A stretch of 62,607 bases of DNA, the filler included, from Catajapyx aquilonaris (Eukaryota): NCBI GenBank assembly GCA_000934665.2. It is 2 parts of 2 records of this genome, joined end to end, with 100 filler letters (N's around TTAATTAATTAA, not from the genome) between each part and the next. Parts side by side here need not be neighbours in the genome. Positions count along the whole stretch, not along the records: positions 31,368 to 62,607 come from JYFJ02004551.1; 1 more part is not named here. One strand, written 5' to 3'. The stretch's first letter is position 1, and the number at the start of each line of letters is the position of its first letter. The notes under the pieces were generated by a model. That model ran no database searches and had not been told where the DNA came from. It saw only the letters and a program-made list of their open reading frames with translations. This document shows positions 48,218 through 59,107 of this stretch, piece after piece. A program made the position numbers and the translations under genes.

Positions 48218-50233
48218 CAGGGGCGGTTTTACATAGTAGCACATGTAGCACGTGCTACAGGCCCCCCGCTGATAGGGGCCCCGCGCTGATAGGGGCCCCG
48301 CGCTGATGCTATTATAAATTTGTCATAAGTATTGCAAATTATCTTTCATAGTACATTCACACAATATAATGAAGATTTATTTGCTTAAGTGCGGGATGAA
48401 GTTTAGATGGGGACAAAATGGTCTGGAAGTATAGCTGTGTGGGTTTCACAGAGACTGGGGGGTTAAATCAGTGGCGGATATACTGTACTTGGCAGGGGGG
48501 GCCCAGTCCGGGGCCCATCTCCCCCACAGGAGGTTGAAGGCGAAAATTTTGGGACATAAAACCGGCCTGGTTATCTTTCCGCGGCAGAGGGAAATCAGGT
48601 GCCTTCAATTAGGAATCCCGACTTCTGGTCGAGGCCGAGGGTCACTATGATGTACACTGTGCAAGGCAAGAAATAAGAAGTCACTGGGGTGTCGTTGGGG
48701 TTGGAGGCCAACTGGATGGCAATGTTAATGGATTTTTTGGGGTCGGGCTCTATGTAATATTGACAACCCTGTGTACATCTTGAGGGTTCACCATCCGGTA
48801 TCAAGCCTGAAAAATCTTGTAGGCCCCGTACTTCTGCACAGTGCAGAGTACACACAGGGCCACACACTTCTTGTGCAGGCACGCTACTGAACAGCAGAGC
48901 TAGGTCTGTAATTATTTTAGTGGTTACATTTACACTGGTCAATGATGATATTTTTTCAAGTGAACAATATTAGGTACGGTATTTTTTACGCATTCAGAGG
49001 CGCTATAGTGTTGCATATTACGTCAGAAAGTTTCTATCGGCAACAATCTTCTTGAAACAAACCCTATATGGCTCAATATGACCCTATGTATATTTTAAAA
49101 TTCTGCAATATTTATACTTGTAAATCCTAGTAAAGATTTTGGCAAGGATTTTGGTTCATTTACTGCCGTCACAACAGGGGCAACGTGAGCCATCCATTAA
49201 TTAAGTCTTATTATCCATTACTATTTAAAAATTAGTGTCAAATTATGAGGAATTTCAGTGTACGACTCATAACCAAGCTATGTTGTGAATAATTTACTCG
49301 GATTCCATAATGTACCCACGCAGCATAATATGTGTCAACTATTATTACCTCAATTCCTCTTGTTCTTCGTATGTCAAGAGGGATGTTATTCCTCAAGCCA
49401 GGTACAGCAGAAAATCAACATGTGAATTTTATGTCAGGATAGTGAGGATACGGCAATATATTGCATATACAGTACATATTCAGGCCTATAGTATATCAGG
49501 GGATGTTCTTTGCCACTTTAAAAAATTCCGTTTACTTAAAAACTGTGGGTTCTAGAAAATATGGGATAACATACTGTATATTTGAAACAGACGCCAAAAA
49601 AAATGATAAAAATTGATGTGTTTGCAAGTGTCTATGCTCGAAGACTGCATTGATCCTAATAACTACAGTATATTATGATGCAGGATTATTTTAGTTGGAG
49701 TGTGAATACTTCTTGTGAAGTTTTGCAAGTAAGAGTTTAAATACAGTTCAAAATTTGTACACAATTGAACTCCTGTTAAACACGCCTAAATTAATCAATT
49801 TAATTAAATATCCCTTAAATCTTCAGTATAGTTTGTGCTGTCCCATCAAGTCTAAGCTATATATGGAGATTTAGCATGCTGGGAATCATATGAAAGCTTG
49901 ATAGATAGATTTTTAAAGTTCAGGATAATACGCGTAGTTAGAAAACGTTTTCAGCAAAGTTATCCTGACAGTTACATTAAAGACGCATCGGCTGCTCAAG
50001 CAAGTCATGGACAAACATTCAAAATATCTATTGTTCTGTAAATTAAATTTAATGCAAATATGCAATATTGCCATTTATCCATTCGCATATACCTAAGGTT
50101 ACGGTCAGTCAGTCGTCATTTTTCCTGTCTGCCCAAGGGAGTTGCAAAATGCAATTATGTACGAGTGCATGGAGCCCAGGAGGCCCCACTATTAGTAGTG
50201 CTACGGGCCCCGCGGATCCTTAAACCGTCCCTG
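48218..50233. mobile_element. ~2-kb non-autonomous hAT-like element in the last intron of the repeat gene
   Basis: CAGGGGCGGTTT ... AAACCGTCCCTG; flanks CCGGCAAT/AAGGCAAT; GTGCTAC(A/G)GGCCCC subterminal motifs at both ends; 17-nt tandem repeat at ~48265-48305. Confidence 0.65.
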
Positions 50234-50643
50234 AAGGCAATGTGTGAAATGCCTGGGGTATTTAGGCAAAGTGTGAAATGTCTGTGTTATTTCATACTTT
50301 GACTAGGTATTTTATATAATGCCTTGGTATCATATAATTATACGTAGAATGCCGAAAGGCAAACCAGCATCATAGTATAGAATACTCCCGGCCACGCTCT
50401 AGGGACAAAGTTTGGGCAGCAAGCGGTGTGGTCCAATCAACCCTAGGGCATGCTGTACCAACATAACCCATAACCTAACATTCCTTCCTTGCTGATACAA
50501 ACCTATCTTCAGCAGATACCTATCCTATCCTATCCTATCCTTCAGCAGATACAAGCCTAGGAAAGTAAGAGGTAATATAGTGCGGGATCTCCTGATGTGA
50601 AAGAGTAGCCCAAACTTTCTGGAGCCTGGCTGGGAGTATTATA

Positions 50644-51215
50644 CAGGGTGTAAATGAATTCAATCGACAAACTTGTTGGGGTAATAGAGGGGACCAAGAC
50701 AAACATTTTTGACATAGGAAACCGTGTCCGGAAACGCCATCTAGAGGGGGTTCATAGACAAGGAACGGGTGCGCTCAGACGCGTCACGCGAGAGGCGCTA
50801 ATCGAGCGGACTGTTTTGTTGATAGATGACGCGCAGGTGTTGCCAGGTTATGGCGTATCGTGTCGTTGTAAGTAAACAACAACGCGATACGCCATAGTAC
50901 CTGGCAACAACAAAACCGCTGTTGACTATCCGCGCGTCTGGCACGTCTCCTAGGAGGCGGACTTTAGTTGCTAGATGGCTCTGCTGTTGCCACGTTATGG
51001 CCATCGCATCGTTGGTTACTATCCGAGCACCATCTACCAACAAAACAATCCGCTCACCTAGCACCTCTCGCGTGACGCGTCTGAGCGCACCCGTTCCTTG
51101 TCTATGAACCCCCTCTAGATGGCGTTTCCGGACACGGTTTCCTATGTCAAAAATACTTGTCTTGGTCCCCTCTACCACACCTACAAGTTTGTCGATTGAA
51201 TTCATTTACACCCTG
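50644..51215. mobile_element. Mariner-type long-TIR MITE, copy 2 (core inverted relative to copy 1, different TIR tips)
   Basis: TA|CAGGGTGTAAATGAATTCAATCGACAAAC ... GTTTGTCGATTGAATTCATTTACACCCTG|TA; body nearly identical to 43817-44378. Confidence 0.92.
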
Positions 51216-51340
51216 TATACCTTGCCGGTTTGCCCTTAGACATTATATAAAATGCCTAGGCAATGCTGTATGAAATAAGAAGCATTTCATATTATACAGT
51301 ATAATAATTATTAGCACTTATGACTCCAATTAGTATATAT

Positions 51341-51571
51341 CAGGGGTTGAATTTCAAAATTTTCTTCTAGATGCAAAGTTTGCACTCCAGACTTTAATCT
51401 GGGGTGCAAATCGCTTACTTGAAGTGCTTAACTTTTAATTACTGGTTATAGCCAGGTTTAAAAGCAGAGCCAATTGGAGTGCAAACTTTGCACTCCGAGG
51501 CTCAGTTTGGAGTGCAGATGACAATTTTGGAGTGAAAATTGCACCTTTGCATCAGAATATTTCGGCCCCTG
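51341..51571. mobile_element. Small MITE (CAGGGG ends) with internal TTTGCACTCC repeats
   Basis: CAGGGGTTGAA ... TTCGGCCCCTG. Confidence 0.55.
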
Positions 51572-51727
51572 ATATTATATGGATTACACGCATTTGATCC
51601 CTTTTTTGTATTGTGCAACTTGTAATTTAACAATAAACAGCAGGTTTTTGCATTAGTTAATAATTGTTGTCAATAACTAATAACATGGCAAGACATGTCA
51701 TTTTTACACACTATGAGAACCTCATAC

Positions 51728-51891
51728 CTTCAGTAGTTGCAGGGCTTGTTCTCCAGCTGAAATTACGGGCTTCTTTAAGTACCAGCATGGACTTCTTTCC
51801 GTCAGGGTTTACATGTGTATACACACCAGATGATGATGCCCTTGGGTCCTCTATGACGATTTTCCTGACGCTTTTCTTCAGTAGCTCATTC
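51728..51891 (-). CDS. Uncharacterised repeat protein, exon (phase 2-1)
   Basis: catgtag|G ... GAAG|gtatga; NELLKKSVRKIVIEDPRASSSGVYTHVNPDGKKSMLVLKEARNFSWRTSPATTE, open and phase-compatible with both neighbours. Confidence 0.7.
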
Positions 51892-52341
51892 CTACATGGA
51901 CATGGACAGATTATAATTATTATTGAAGAACAATATTGTTCGTCATACTTAGTTTTAGTTGTTATGGGTTGTTTGCATCATCTTAAATTACATGTGTGCA
52001 ATGCCAGAGATATCGAAATGATAATGTACATTATTAAATTTGGAAGAGGGTCGCAGAGCAATCTACTAGCCTGTTTTTGCCAGATTATTATAAGCGTTCG
52101 GAACACATCATTCAATGTTGCACGGAAATTCACCTTTCATTCATTATTTTTCCCTGGCTAACACAGGTAGGCCTAGTATATTCGGCCATCAGCACTTTAC
52201 TTCTGATGGACAATAATTTAAGTGCTAATATTAGAAGCACTTTGCACATACCGGTACATAATGATTTAAAAATTACTGTCCATCCATTCATTATTTTATA
52301 CAATCTGTGGCCCACCTGTGGTATTGTCATATAGGCTAAGT

Positions 52342-52570
52342 CAGTGGTTTCCAAACGGGGGTGTCGCGGGCAGTCGCGATCCTTGGTTCAACTTTTTTTT
52401 TTTGCAATTTCGGTGTCAATTGAACCATTTTTGCGGTGGTACAGAGTGTATATGTTTTCTGGAAGGGGGGCAGTTGTAGGGGGGCTGGGGGAGGGGGGAC
52501 AGGGGGGGGGTCGCACATTTATGAAAACATGTTTAGGGGGTCGCAGTTGGTAAAAGATTGGAAACCACTG
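52342..52570. mobile_element. hAT MITE
   Basis: CAGTGGTTTCCAA ... TTGGAAACCACTG; flanks GGCTAAGT/GGCAATGT. Confidence 0.78.
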
Positions 52571-52688
52571 GGCAATGTGGCTAATGCACATTATTATGAC
52601 ATTAACTATTGGAACACACACCCACCCAGACTTGCGCTCAATAAGCTATGGGGACGTTGAAAACTCAACTTTTCGAAGCTAATGTAAA

Positions 52689-52730
52689 CTAAACTAACCT
52701 AACCTAACCTAACCTACCCTAACTAACCTA
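52689..52730. repeat. (CCTAA)n tract, the complement of the arthropod telomeric TTAGG repeat; probably TE-borne
   Basis: CTAACCTAACCTAACCTAACCTACCCTAACTAACCTA. Confidence 0.75.
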
Positions 52731-53348
52731 GGCTGAGAGAAATAGACTTTTGTGAAACCCTGCAAATCGAAATTGTGGGGACATGTCCCCACTATAACGG
52801 TAAACGGTAATACATCAACAATCTAGCTCTAGATTGTTGATGTATTTGTATAGTGCCACGTACGACACATTTTTCCAAACGTTTTTTGATAAATAATACT
52901 CTCCTTGTCAGTATGAATATAATTATACTGTTGTCCACTATTGTGTACTAACTGGCATAATATTGTAAACAGAAGTGTTGTTACTGATGTGTATTAATAT
53001 ACAGGAAGGTACTCTACACTGCTCACGTTCCTAGTTCGAAGAGAGTGACCAGGTCAAAAAGGTACGAATTTTTACTGAAGCAATAAGTTAGAAAAGAAAA
53101 TACCAGTTGAAAGTAATAATGTACAGTAGCACTATTAATTTGTAAGTAGTAATATTCCTTTTTTTTGCAATTCAGTTGCACTGCAACGAGAAACCATTTT
53201 TCAGCTGGAAAATACCCAAAAAAGTTCGTTATTCATTGATAACAATAATAACAACTAACTTTCCGGCTCTTTTTCCATATGAAAATGTTTCCTGGCTCTG
53301 GTGCAACTAGACCTGACAAAACAAAGACGAACGTAGAACTTCTCATAC

Positions 53349-53477
53349 ATGTGAATAGTTGACTCTGTGAAGCTGGTGGATGCAATGGAGTCAGGGTCTG
53401 AGATTCCCAAACCCCTGGAGAACTTCTCACACAGCTCATCTTGTGAAGGGTCTTCTTGTTCTGAGCTGTAGTCAGTC
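53349..53477 (-). CDS. Uncharacterised repeat protein, diverged repeat exon (phase 2-2)
   Basis: ctgatactttcttgcag|G ... AT|gtatga; TDYSSEQEDPSQDELCEKFSRGLGISDPDSIASTSFTESTIH; acceptor homologous to those of the repeat exons. Confidence 0.72.
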
Positions 53478-53589
53478 CTGCAAGAAAGTATCAGAAGGAT
53501 ACTCCTACAACAATGTGGGGCAATGTGGTACTGTATATTCCAGTAATTATTAAGATTAAGAAAGACAACTATATTTTATTATTGTGGAT

Positions 53590-54259
53590 AATGGGGAACT
53601 AGCCTTGGTCTGGGATTTGGGATTTTTGTTCATAACTAGCTAGCCCATGCCTGTAAACATACATTCCATCACTCTGTTGCATCAAAATGACATTACTGGA
53701 TAAATTACGGCACATTTAAAAGTGCCTTCAAAATTGGCGGGAAAAACGCCGCTGCCAATCGAAAGGGTACACTGAAATGCCTGGTTGACTGCGAGATATG
53801 AGGAATTTGACTTTGAATTAACCGCGGACACGACGGGAAGCATTCGCAAGGCGGCTGTAGGCCATCGAGGTGGAGAAAAGGGGACCTTCATGTGCCGAAT
53901 TCGGGTGACAGATGATTCCTGCCAGTTGGCACCACTGCCAGCCCCTTAGCTGATTGAGTGGCGTGAAGTAAAAACGCGCCCCGGCCGCTATCTTGCTCAC
54001 GGAATGGGACGGTTGCTAACCACAGCGAAGCATTTTACAACAATGACGGGGCGCGTTCTACAACACCATTTTTGCGTTCATTTCACTTCGCGTGACGTCA
54101 ACATTTTCTAGGGAAACAGTGACGTCACCATTTCCCTACATAAAAACCCCAATTACTCCGGAACGGGAACTGATATCTTAAAACGGAATATGCCAAAAAA
54201 ATCCCAAAAATATGGGCGAATTTATTATGTAGTTTCCAAAATGAAGGCTAGTTCCCCAT
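53590..54259. mobile_element. Non-autonomous DNA transposon (possibly P-element-like)
   Basis: AATGGGGAACTAGCCTT ... AAGGCTAGTTCCCCATT, perfect 17-nt TIR; ATTGTGGA occurs at both junctions. Confidence 0.7.
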
Positions 54260-54484
54260 TGTGGAAGCAAACTATCATAAACTATTACTGTGCCAAAGTA
54301 TGAAACTTGAGATATCCAAGAAAATGTTACTTCAATTAAATTAATTTTTCTCCGTTAAAACGATCACATTTTTGGTGCCATTTTCTTGATTGATTATTAT
54401 CAGGACTTGACTACACTAATTCTTTGAACTGCACGATTCTGTCTTAAAGAACAAATATATATGAATACAGATAATTTTTCTTAC

Positions 54485-54604
54485 AGCCTAGAGGTCTCCT
54501 CGACATCATCGATCTGCTGGGTTGCAGGACGCCAGGTGCCCATATTTGCCCAAAACTTAGCTTCCATTTCATCATTCCAGGTAGGCAGTGTTGGAGATAT
54601 TTCT
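54485..54604 (-). CDS. Uncharacterised repeat protein, repeat exon C (120 nt, phase 2-2)
   Basis: ctgatgctttcttcag|A ... CT|gtaag; EISPTLPTWNDEMEAKFWANMGTWRPATQQIDDVEETSRL. Confidence 0.8.
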
Positions 54605-54776
54605 CTGAAGAAAGCATCAGAACAACTAAAATCAGTTTTGGGCTGAAAAAGACCTACATTTTTCCAAATAGTAGATATGGTAATCAGGACACAATCAGAG
54701 AATGGGTACAATCAGACATAATTACAGATAATAACAAAAGATAGCAACAAATAAGTTACATATGATTTTTTCTTAC

Positions 54777-54896
54777 AGCCTAGAGGTCCCCGCAACTTTG
54801 TTTGTCTTCTGGGTAGCAGGACTCAGGTTGCCCAAACTTTCCCGAAACTTTGATTCCACTTCTTCATTCCAGGCAGGCAGTCTTGGAGATATTCCC
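54777..54896 (-). CDS. Uncharacterised repeat protein, repeat exon B (120 nt, phase 2-2)
   Basis: ctgatgctttcttcag|G ... CT|gtaag; GISPRLPAWNEEVESKFRESLGNLSPATQKTNKVAGTSRL. Confidence 0.8.
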
Positions 54897-54960
54897 CTGA
54901 AGAAAGCATCAGAATAACTAAAATTAGTTTTGGGCTCTAAAAGGCCTACATTTACAAATT

Positions 54961-55868
54961 CAGGAGAACCCTGATTATCCGACTCCTCGGTTTATCTGAC
55001 CGTCCTGCTTCAGCAATAAATCTGTTTTCTCATCAAATACAGGGTGGGCGAAAAGTCCCAGGACACCTGGCTTTTTTTTGCCTGCAAAACAAATCTGTGC
55101 ATGGAAAATGTGTCGGGGATGCTGGTGTGACATATTCTGGACACTGACAGAACTGTTTGATGAGGGGAGACATCTGGGGACCCCCAACAACACCCACAGT
55201 AAGTTAACGCTGTTAACAGTGCAAGAGGGCAGATACCAGCAGGTTCACTGTGGAGGAGAGCCTCATTACGCCTCATATAGGCCTCATACGGGAAAGAATA
55301 TAACGCACATAATGCAGGATATCAGGGCTCCTTTTGGTAAGGTGTCACCGAGAAGAAGTAACTTGAACAAGTGGGAGAAAAAGCATTCAGCATGGGAAAT
55401 GTGAAAGACGGGAAGCGTGAAAGACACTTCCCTTGCTAAATGCTTTTTATGGGTGTTGTTGGGGGTCCTCAGATGTCTCCCCTAATCAAACAGTTCCGTC
55501 AGTGTCCAGAAGATGTTACACCAGCATTTCTGACACATTTTCCATGCACAGATTTGTTTTGCAGGCAAAAAAAAGCCAGGTGTCCTGGGACTTTTCGCCC
55601 ACCCTGTACTATCATGCAGGCCTACTACCCATTAGTTTTGTATTGCCTTAGTTAAATTTATTATAAAATACAGTACAACAGCAGTGTGTATGTAAAAGAC
55701 AAATACTTCATTATTTCTCAGAAAACTATAATATTGTACATTATTAATTTTCGTGTTTTTATGTTTTTGTTGCGTTTCATGCAAGCTTTCTTTGCTCCTT
55801 GGATTATCCGACCTTTTCGGTTATCCGATGATGCCCCAGTCCCGTGAGTGACGGATAGGGTTCTACTG
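54961..55868. mobile_element. pogo/Tigger-type MITE hosting a nested mariner-type MITE
   Basis: CAGGAGAACCCT ... AGGGTTCTACTG|TA with TTATCCGA repeats; interrupts the duplicated intron at a TA (compare the empty site CAAATAGTAG at ~54665). Confidence 0.7.
55040..55606. mobile_element. Mariner-type long-TIR MITE
   Basis: TA|CAGGGTGGGCGAAAAGTCCCAGGACACCTGGC ... GCCAGGTGTCCTGGGACTTTTCGCCCACCCTG|TA, ~155-nt arms. Confidence 0.9.
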
Positions 55869-55957
55869 TAGTAAATAGGGTAATCAGGACACAATCAGAG
55901 AATGGGTACAATCAGACGAAATTACTGATAATAACAATACAGATGGTTTTTTCTTAC

Positions 55958-56080
55958 AACCTAGAGGTCCCCTTAACATTCTTCTTGGTAGCTGGATGCA
56001 GGATCCCCATACTCTCCCAAAACTTGGCGTCCACTTCATCATTTTGGGGAGGCAGTCTTGGAGATCCGTGAAGGAGTCCT
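55958..56080 (-). CDS. Uncharacterised repeat protein, repeat exon A (123 nt, phase 2-2)
   Basis: ctgatgctttcttcag|A ... TT|gtaag; GLLHGSPRLPPQNDEVDAKFWESMGILHPATKKNVKGTSRL; indels relative to exons B/C are multiples of 3. Confidence 0.8.
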
Positions 56081-56292
56081 CTGAAGAAAGCATCAGAATA
56101 ACTAAAATCAGTTTTGGGCTTTAACAGTTTCTGCTGACATGAAAAACCTCAAAAACTGTCACTAACTCATTTCCACTAACGGTTAAACTTTGGTAATTTT
56201 TGCCTTGTTGGATTCTTCAGAACTTGGCTGTACTGTCTTTTTAAATAGCATGATTCAGTATTACATAAAGAACAAAAAAAATCATGCCATAC

Positions 56293-56390
56293 CCTGGCAT
56301 TGTGGTGGATGATTTGGGAGTTGGAAGTGTCCTTGCCACACTCTCCCAAAACTTCATAGGCAGCTGTCCATCGGATGTTTGTGCTTCCTC
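56293..56390 (-). CDS. Uncharacterised repeat protein, exon (phase 0-2) with a partial repeat
   Basis: atattag|GAG ... GG|gtatgg; EEAQTSDGQLPMKFWESVARTLPTPKSSTTMPG shares KFWES with exon A. Confidence 0.7.
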
Positions 56391-57772
56391 CTAATATATT
56401 ATGAAGAAAAATGTAATTTTAGAATTTGTAATTGTACAGCCAATGGCTGCCTCATGCTGTTAATTTATTATTAGAGAACGGATTTCTAGGTTTTTACCTA
56501 CTTTTTCTTTTGTGGGCAGAACACCAGAACCAAAATATCTATCCGTTTCATAACACAAGGACCTCAAAAATCGTAGTTTTATAGAACCTAAAAATGCCTA
56601 TTTCGGGTGTTGGGACCTAAATGGCCTATTAGCACCTATTAGTGCCTATTTCGACCTTTTTCACGCCATTCGGTAAGATTTTCGAGAGTTCGACTGGATT
56701 ACCTTTCAATCTGTGGCATGCCGATAAAAGCAGTGTTGATCATATTTCTAAAAATTCACTTCTGGTGGCTATACTAGAATGGGAGTGTAAGTACGAGAGT
56801 GCAAGGTTTTGTCTGTATTTTACCTGCAAAAAGTGCTTAACGTTTGACCTGAAAAATTAAGGAAAAAATATTTACTCATCTTTCCCATTAAAGTCAGGAA
56901 TACTGTACCTGCTGCACGTAAATCACTTTTAAAATAAAATGCGCCTTCCCCTCCAAATCCCAATTTTGAGGACTATGCTGCAGTCAACATGGTGGCACAT
57001 GAATGTTACGGTATTGTCACTGCACTTTTCAATCCCCTTCTGCCCTTTGAACTAACCTATGGTCAACCCCAGCAACACTATCACTGATCTCTCTACGCCA
57101 GCGCCAGCAGGAAAGATGCGCTTGAAAAACATGTACCGTACTGCAACTATCTTGGTTTTAGAAGACCTTGTGATGTTATACCATAAACACATACTGCAAT
57201 GTTCTGATAATAAAGTGCACCACTGCACTGCAGAGGAAAATAAAAAGAATGTTTACTGGTGCTATATGGACTAATTTCGTAATCATAAGCCTCAGATCAG
57301 TAGCAACATAAAAATATTTTAAACATTTGAAAGTGTTTGTGTTTATTTTATTGGGAATATCAGTAATTTTAAAGAGAGGGAGAAAGTCACGAAAATTACC
57401 CCACTTTATACCAGCCAGCTGATACCCCTGGGGTATATACCGGCCTCACGGTCGAGCTCATTTTATACCGGCATGCCATAGATTGCAGGATTATACATGG
57501 TATAAAGGCAGGGCACTCCTTGCTATTGTTGTGTGCATTTTCATAGCATTTATGACGTACGAGTTCGTATAAGTTATATCTTGGACGGACACTAAGCATC
57601 CACAACTGAGGCCACAACAATGAAGTGCATTCTCGGAAGGGCAGAGATGGAGAACAAGAGCTACAAAGCTTTAGCAACAATTTTTCTCTCTCCCCACTCT
57701 GCAGCTAAGCATTGTTTCATGATTAAAGGTTAATCCAAGATAAGGGGTTGATATATATAATATTAGGGCCTA

Positions 57773-58079
57773 CTAGATGCGGCACCCGGCATTGCCCGGG
57801 AAGAAATGCATGAAGGGAAAACACCTGCCAGTAGCCTGCAGTAGCCCCGTGAACTGTCTGTCTTTGTGTGTGTCCGCCCACCAATTCCATCTGTCTCTAA
57901 CACCTTCACCCTCTCCCGCCTGAATAACGGCAACCGTCATTTGCCTCCCATCTGTCGGCAACTCCCAACACGTCCCTCTTCCGTCCTGGGGGTGGAACAC
58001 AGGTGGCAGGCAGATGACGATTGGCAGGCGGACAGACGGAAAGAGACGACAGACTCACAAACGGCTTTATTTATATAGA
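57773..58079 (-). mobile_element. Non-autonomous Helitron family A, copy 2
   Basis: Same termini and body as 6814-7113; AT target. Confidence 0.88.
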
Positions 58080-58413
58080 TCATATGATTAATCAAGTGTC
58101 CTGGATTTACTATCGATCATGCAACCACCTCTTTATATGAGAGGGAGCACCAAACTCAGTAAACAAATGGCTCGATTCTGCCCGTTATGAATGATTGACA
58201 AAAACTTACTGGCATTTAATAACTAGATCAATGTCAATCCAGATTTGTTTTCACTCACTTGTCAGTATGGTGCTCTCTACCCGTAGTTTATAATCCAGAC
58301 CATAGTCAAATGACCATGGTTGTATACAGGTACGTAGGTAGGCCTACATCTCACTTAATACACTATAAAAATGTGGAAAGAATAAACATAAAGGGATATC
58401 ACAATGTACTTAC

Positions 58414-58480
58414 TTCTTCTAGTTCAACATGTACCGGTACTACGTCCGAGAAGTGGCTTTCTGTAACTGCCCCAGGAATT
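58414..58480 (-). CDS. Uncharacterised repeat protein, upstream exon (phase 2-0)
   Basis: catcaacag|A ... GAA|gtaagt; IPGAVTESHFSDVVPVHVELEE joins the 56390 exon in frame. Confidence 0.55.
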
Positions 58481-58683
58481 CTGTTGATGTAAATGAACAG
58501 AATTGATGAGGAAATACTTTGCTGTATGTATAGAAATCTAAGACTACCAACCATTTTAAAAAAACTACCGTAGATCTATCTTTCTTCAAATGATAACCAC
58601 CCTGGCTCATGCACATACATTTAAAAATTCACATCTACACTTTGAAAGTCAGATGAGCCTTCACAATCAGGACATTACATATA

Positions 58684-59107
58684 CAAGGTGTATCTGAACT
58701 CAGTGCCCCGACGTATATGACTGCCTTCCTAGCCACCAGAGGATCGATTTAAGTATAGGAGTCATATGTCTGGGCAGCCTCATTACGGAGATAATTGGCC
58801 GCAAACATGTAGTACAAAATATCCTGTCGGTTAGGCCACCCATCGAACCCTCCCCCAGTCAGAAGGCTCTGGAAGGTCTGGGGGCGGGACTTTGTTGGTT
58901 TGTTGCCCACAGGTGGTAAGGCCTCTTTGGCTAGTTACACCAGAAAATTTTATTTAAAAGTCAGAAGGAGCGATTAGGCAAAAATCGCTAAAGAGTGTAT
59001 CTCAGTAATGAGGCTGCCCAGACATAGGACTCCTATACTTAAATCGATCCTCTGGTGGCTAGGAAGGCAGTGATATACGTCGGGGCACTGAGTTCAGATA
59101 CACCCTG
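58684..59107. mobile_element. Mariner-type MITE with ~105-nt TIRs
   Basis: TA|CAAGGTGTATCTGAACTCAGTGCCCCGACG ... CGTCGGGGCACTGAGTTCAGATACACCCTG|TA. Confidence 0.9.

Noticed and set aside
48595..49391. Candidate exons 49349-49391 and 48595-48886 of the repeat gene
   Set aside because: They are phase-compatible but lie inside the 48218-50233 hAT-like element and need a rare GAG acceptor. Exon 51728 splices more simply to 47699. Exonisation cannot be fully excluded.
43854..51205. Near-identical short ORFs (IEGTKTNIFDIG...) appearing several times
   Set aside because: Translations of MITE inverted arms, not a gene family.
51664..52161. 165-aa plus-strand ORF
   Set aside because: Antisense shadow of the minus-strand exon 51728-51891.
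52689..52730. True telomere or chromosome-fusion scar
   Set aside because: Only ~40 nt, degenerate and intronic; such tracts are common inside insect TEs.
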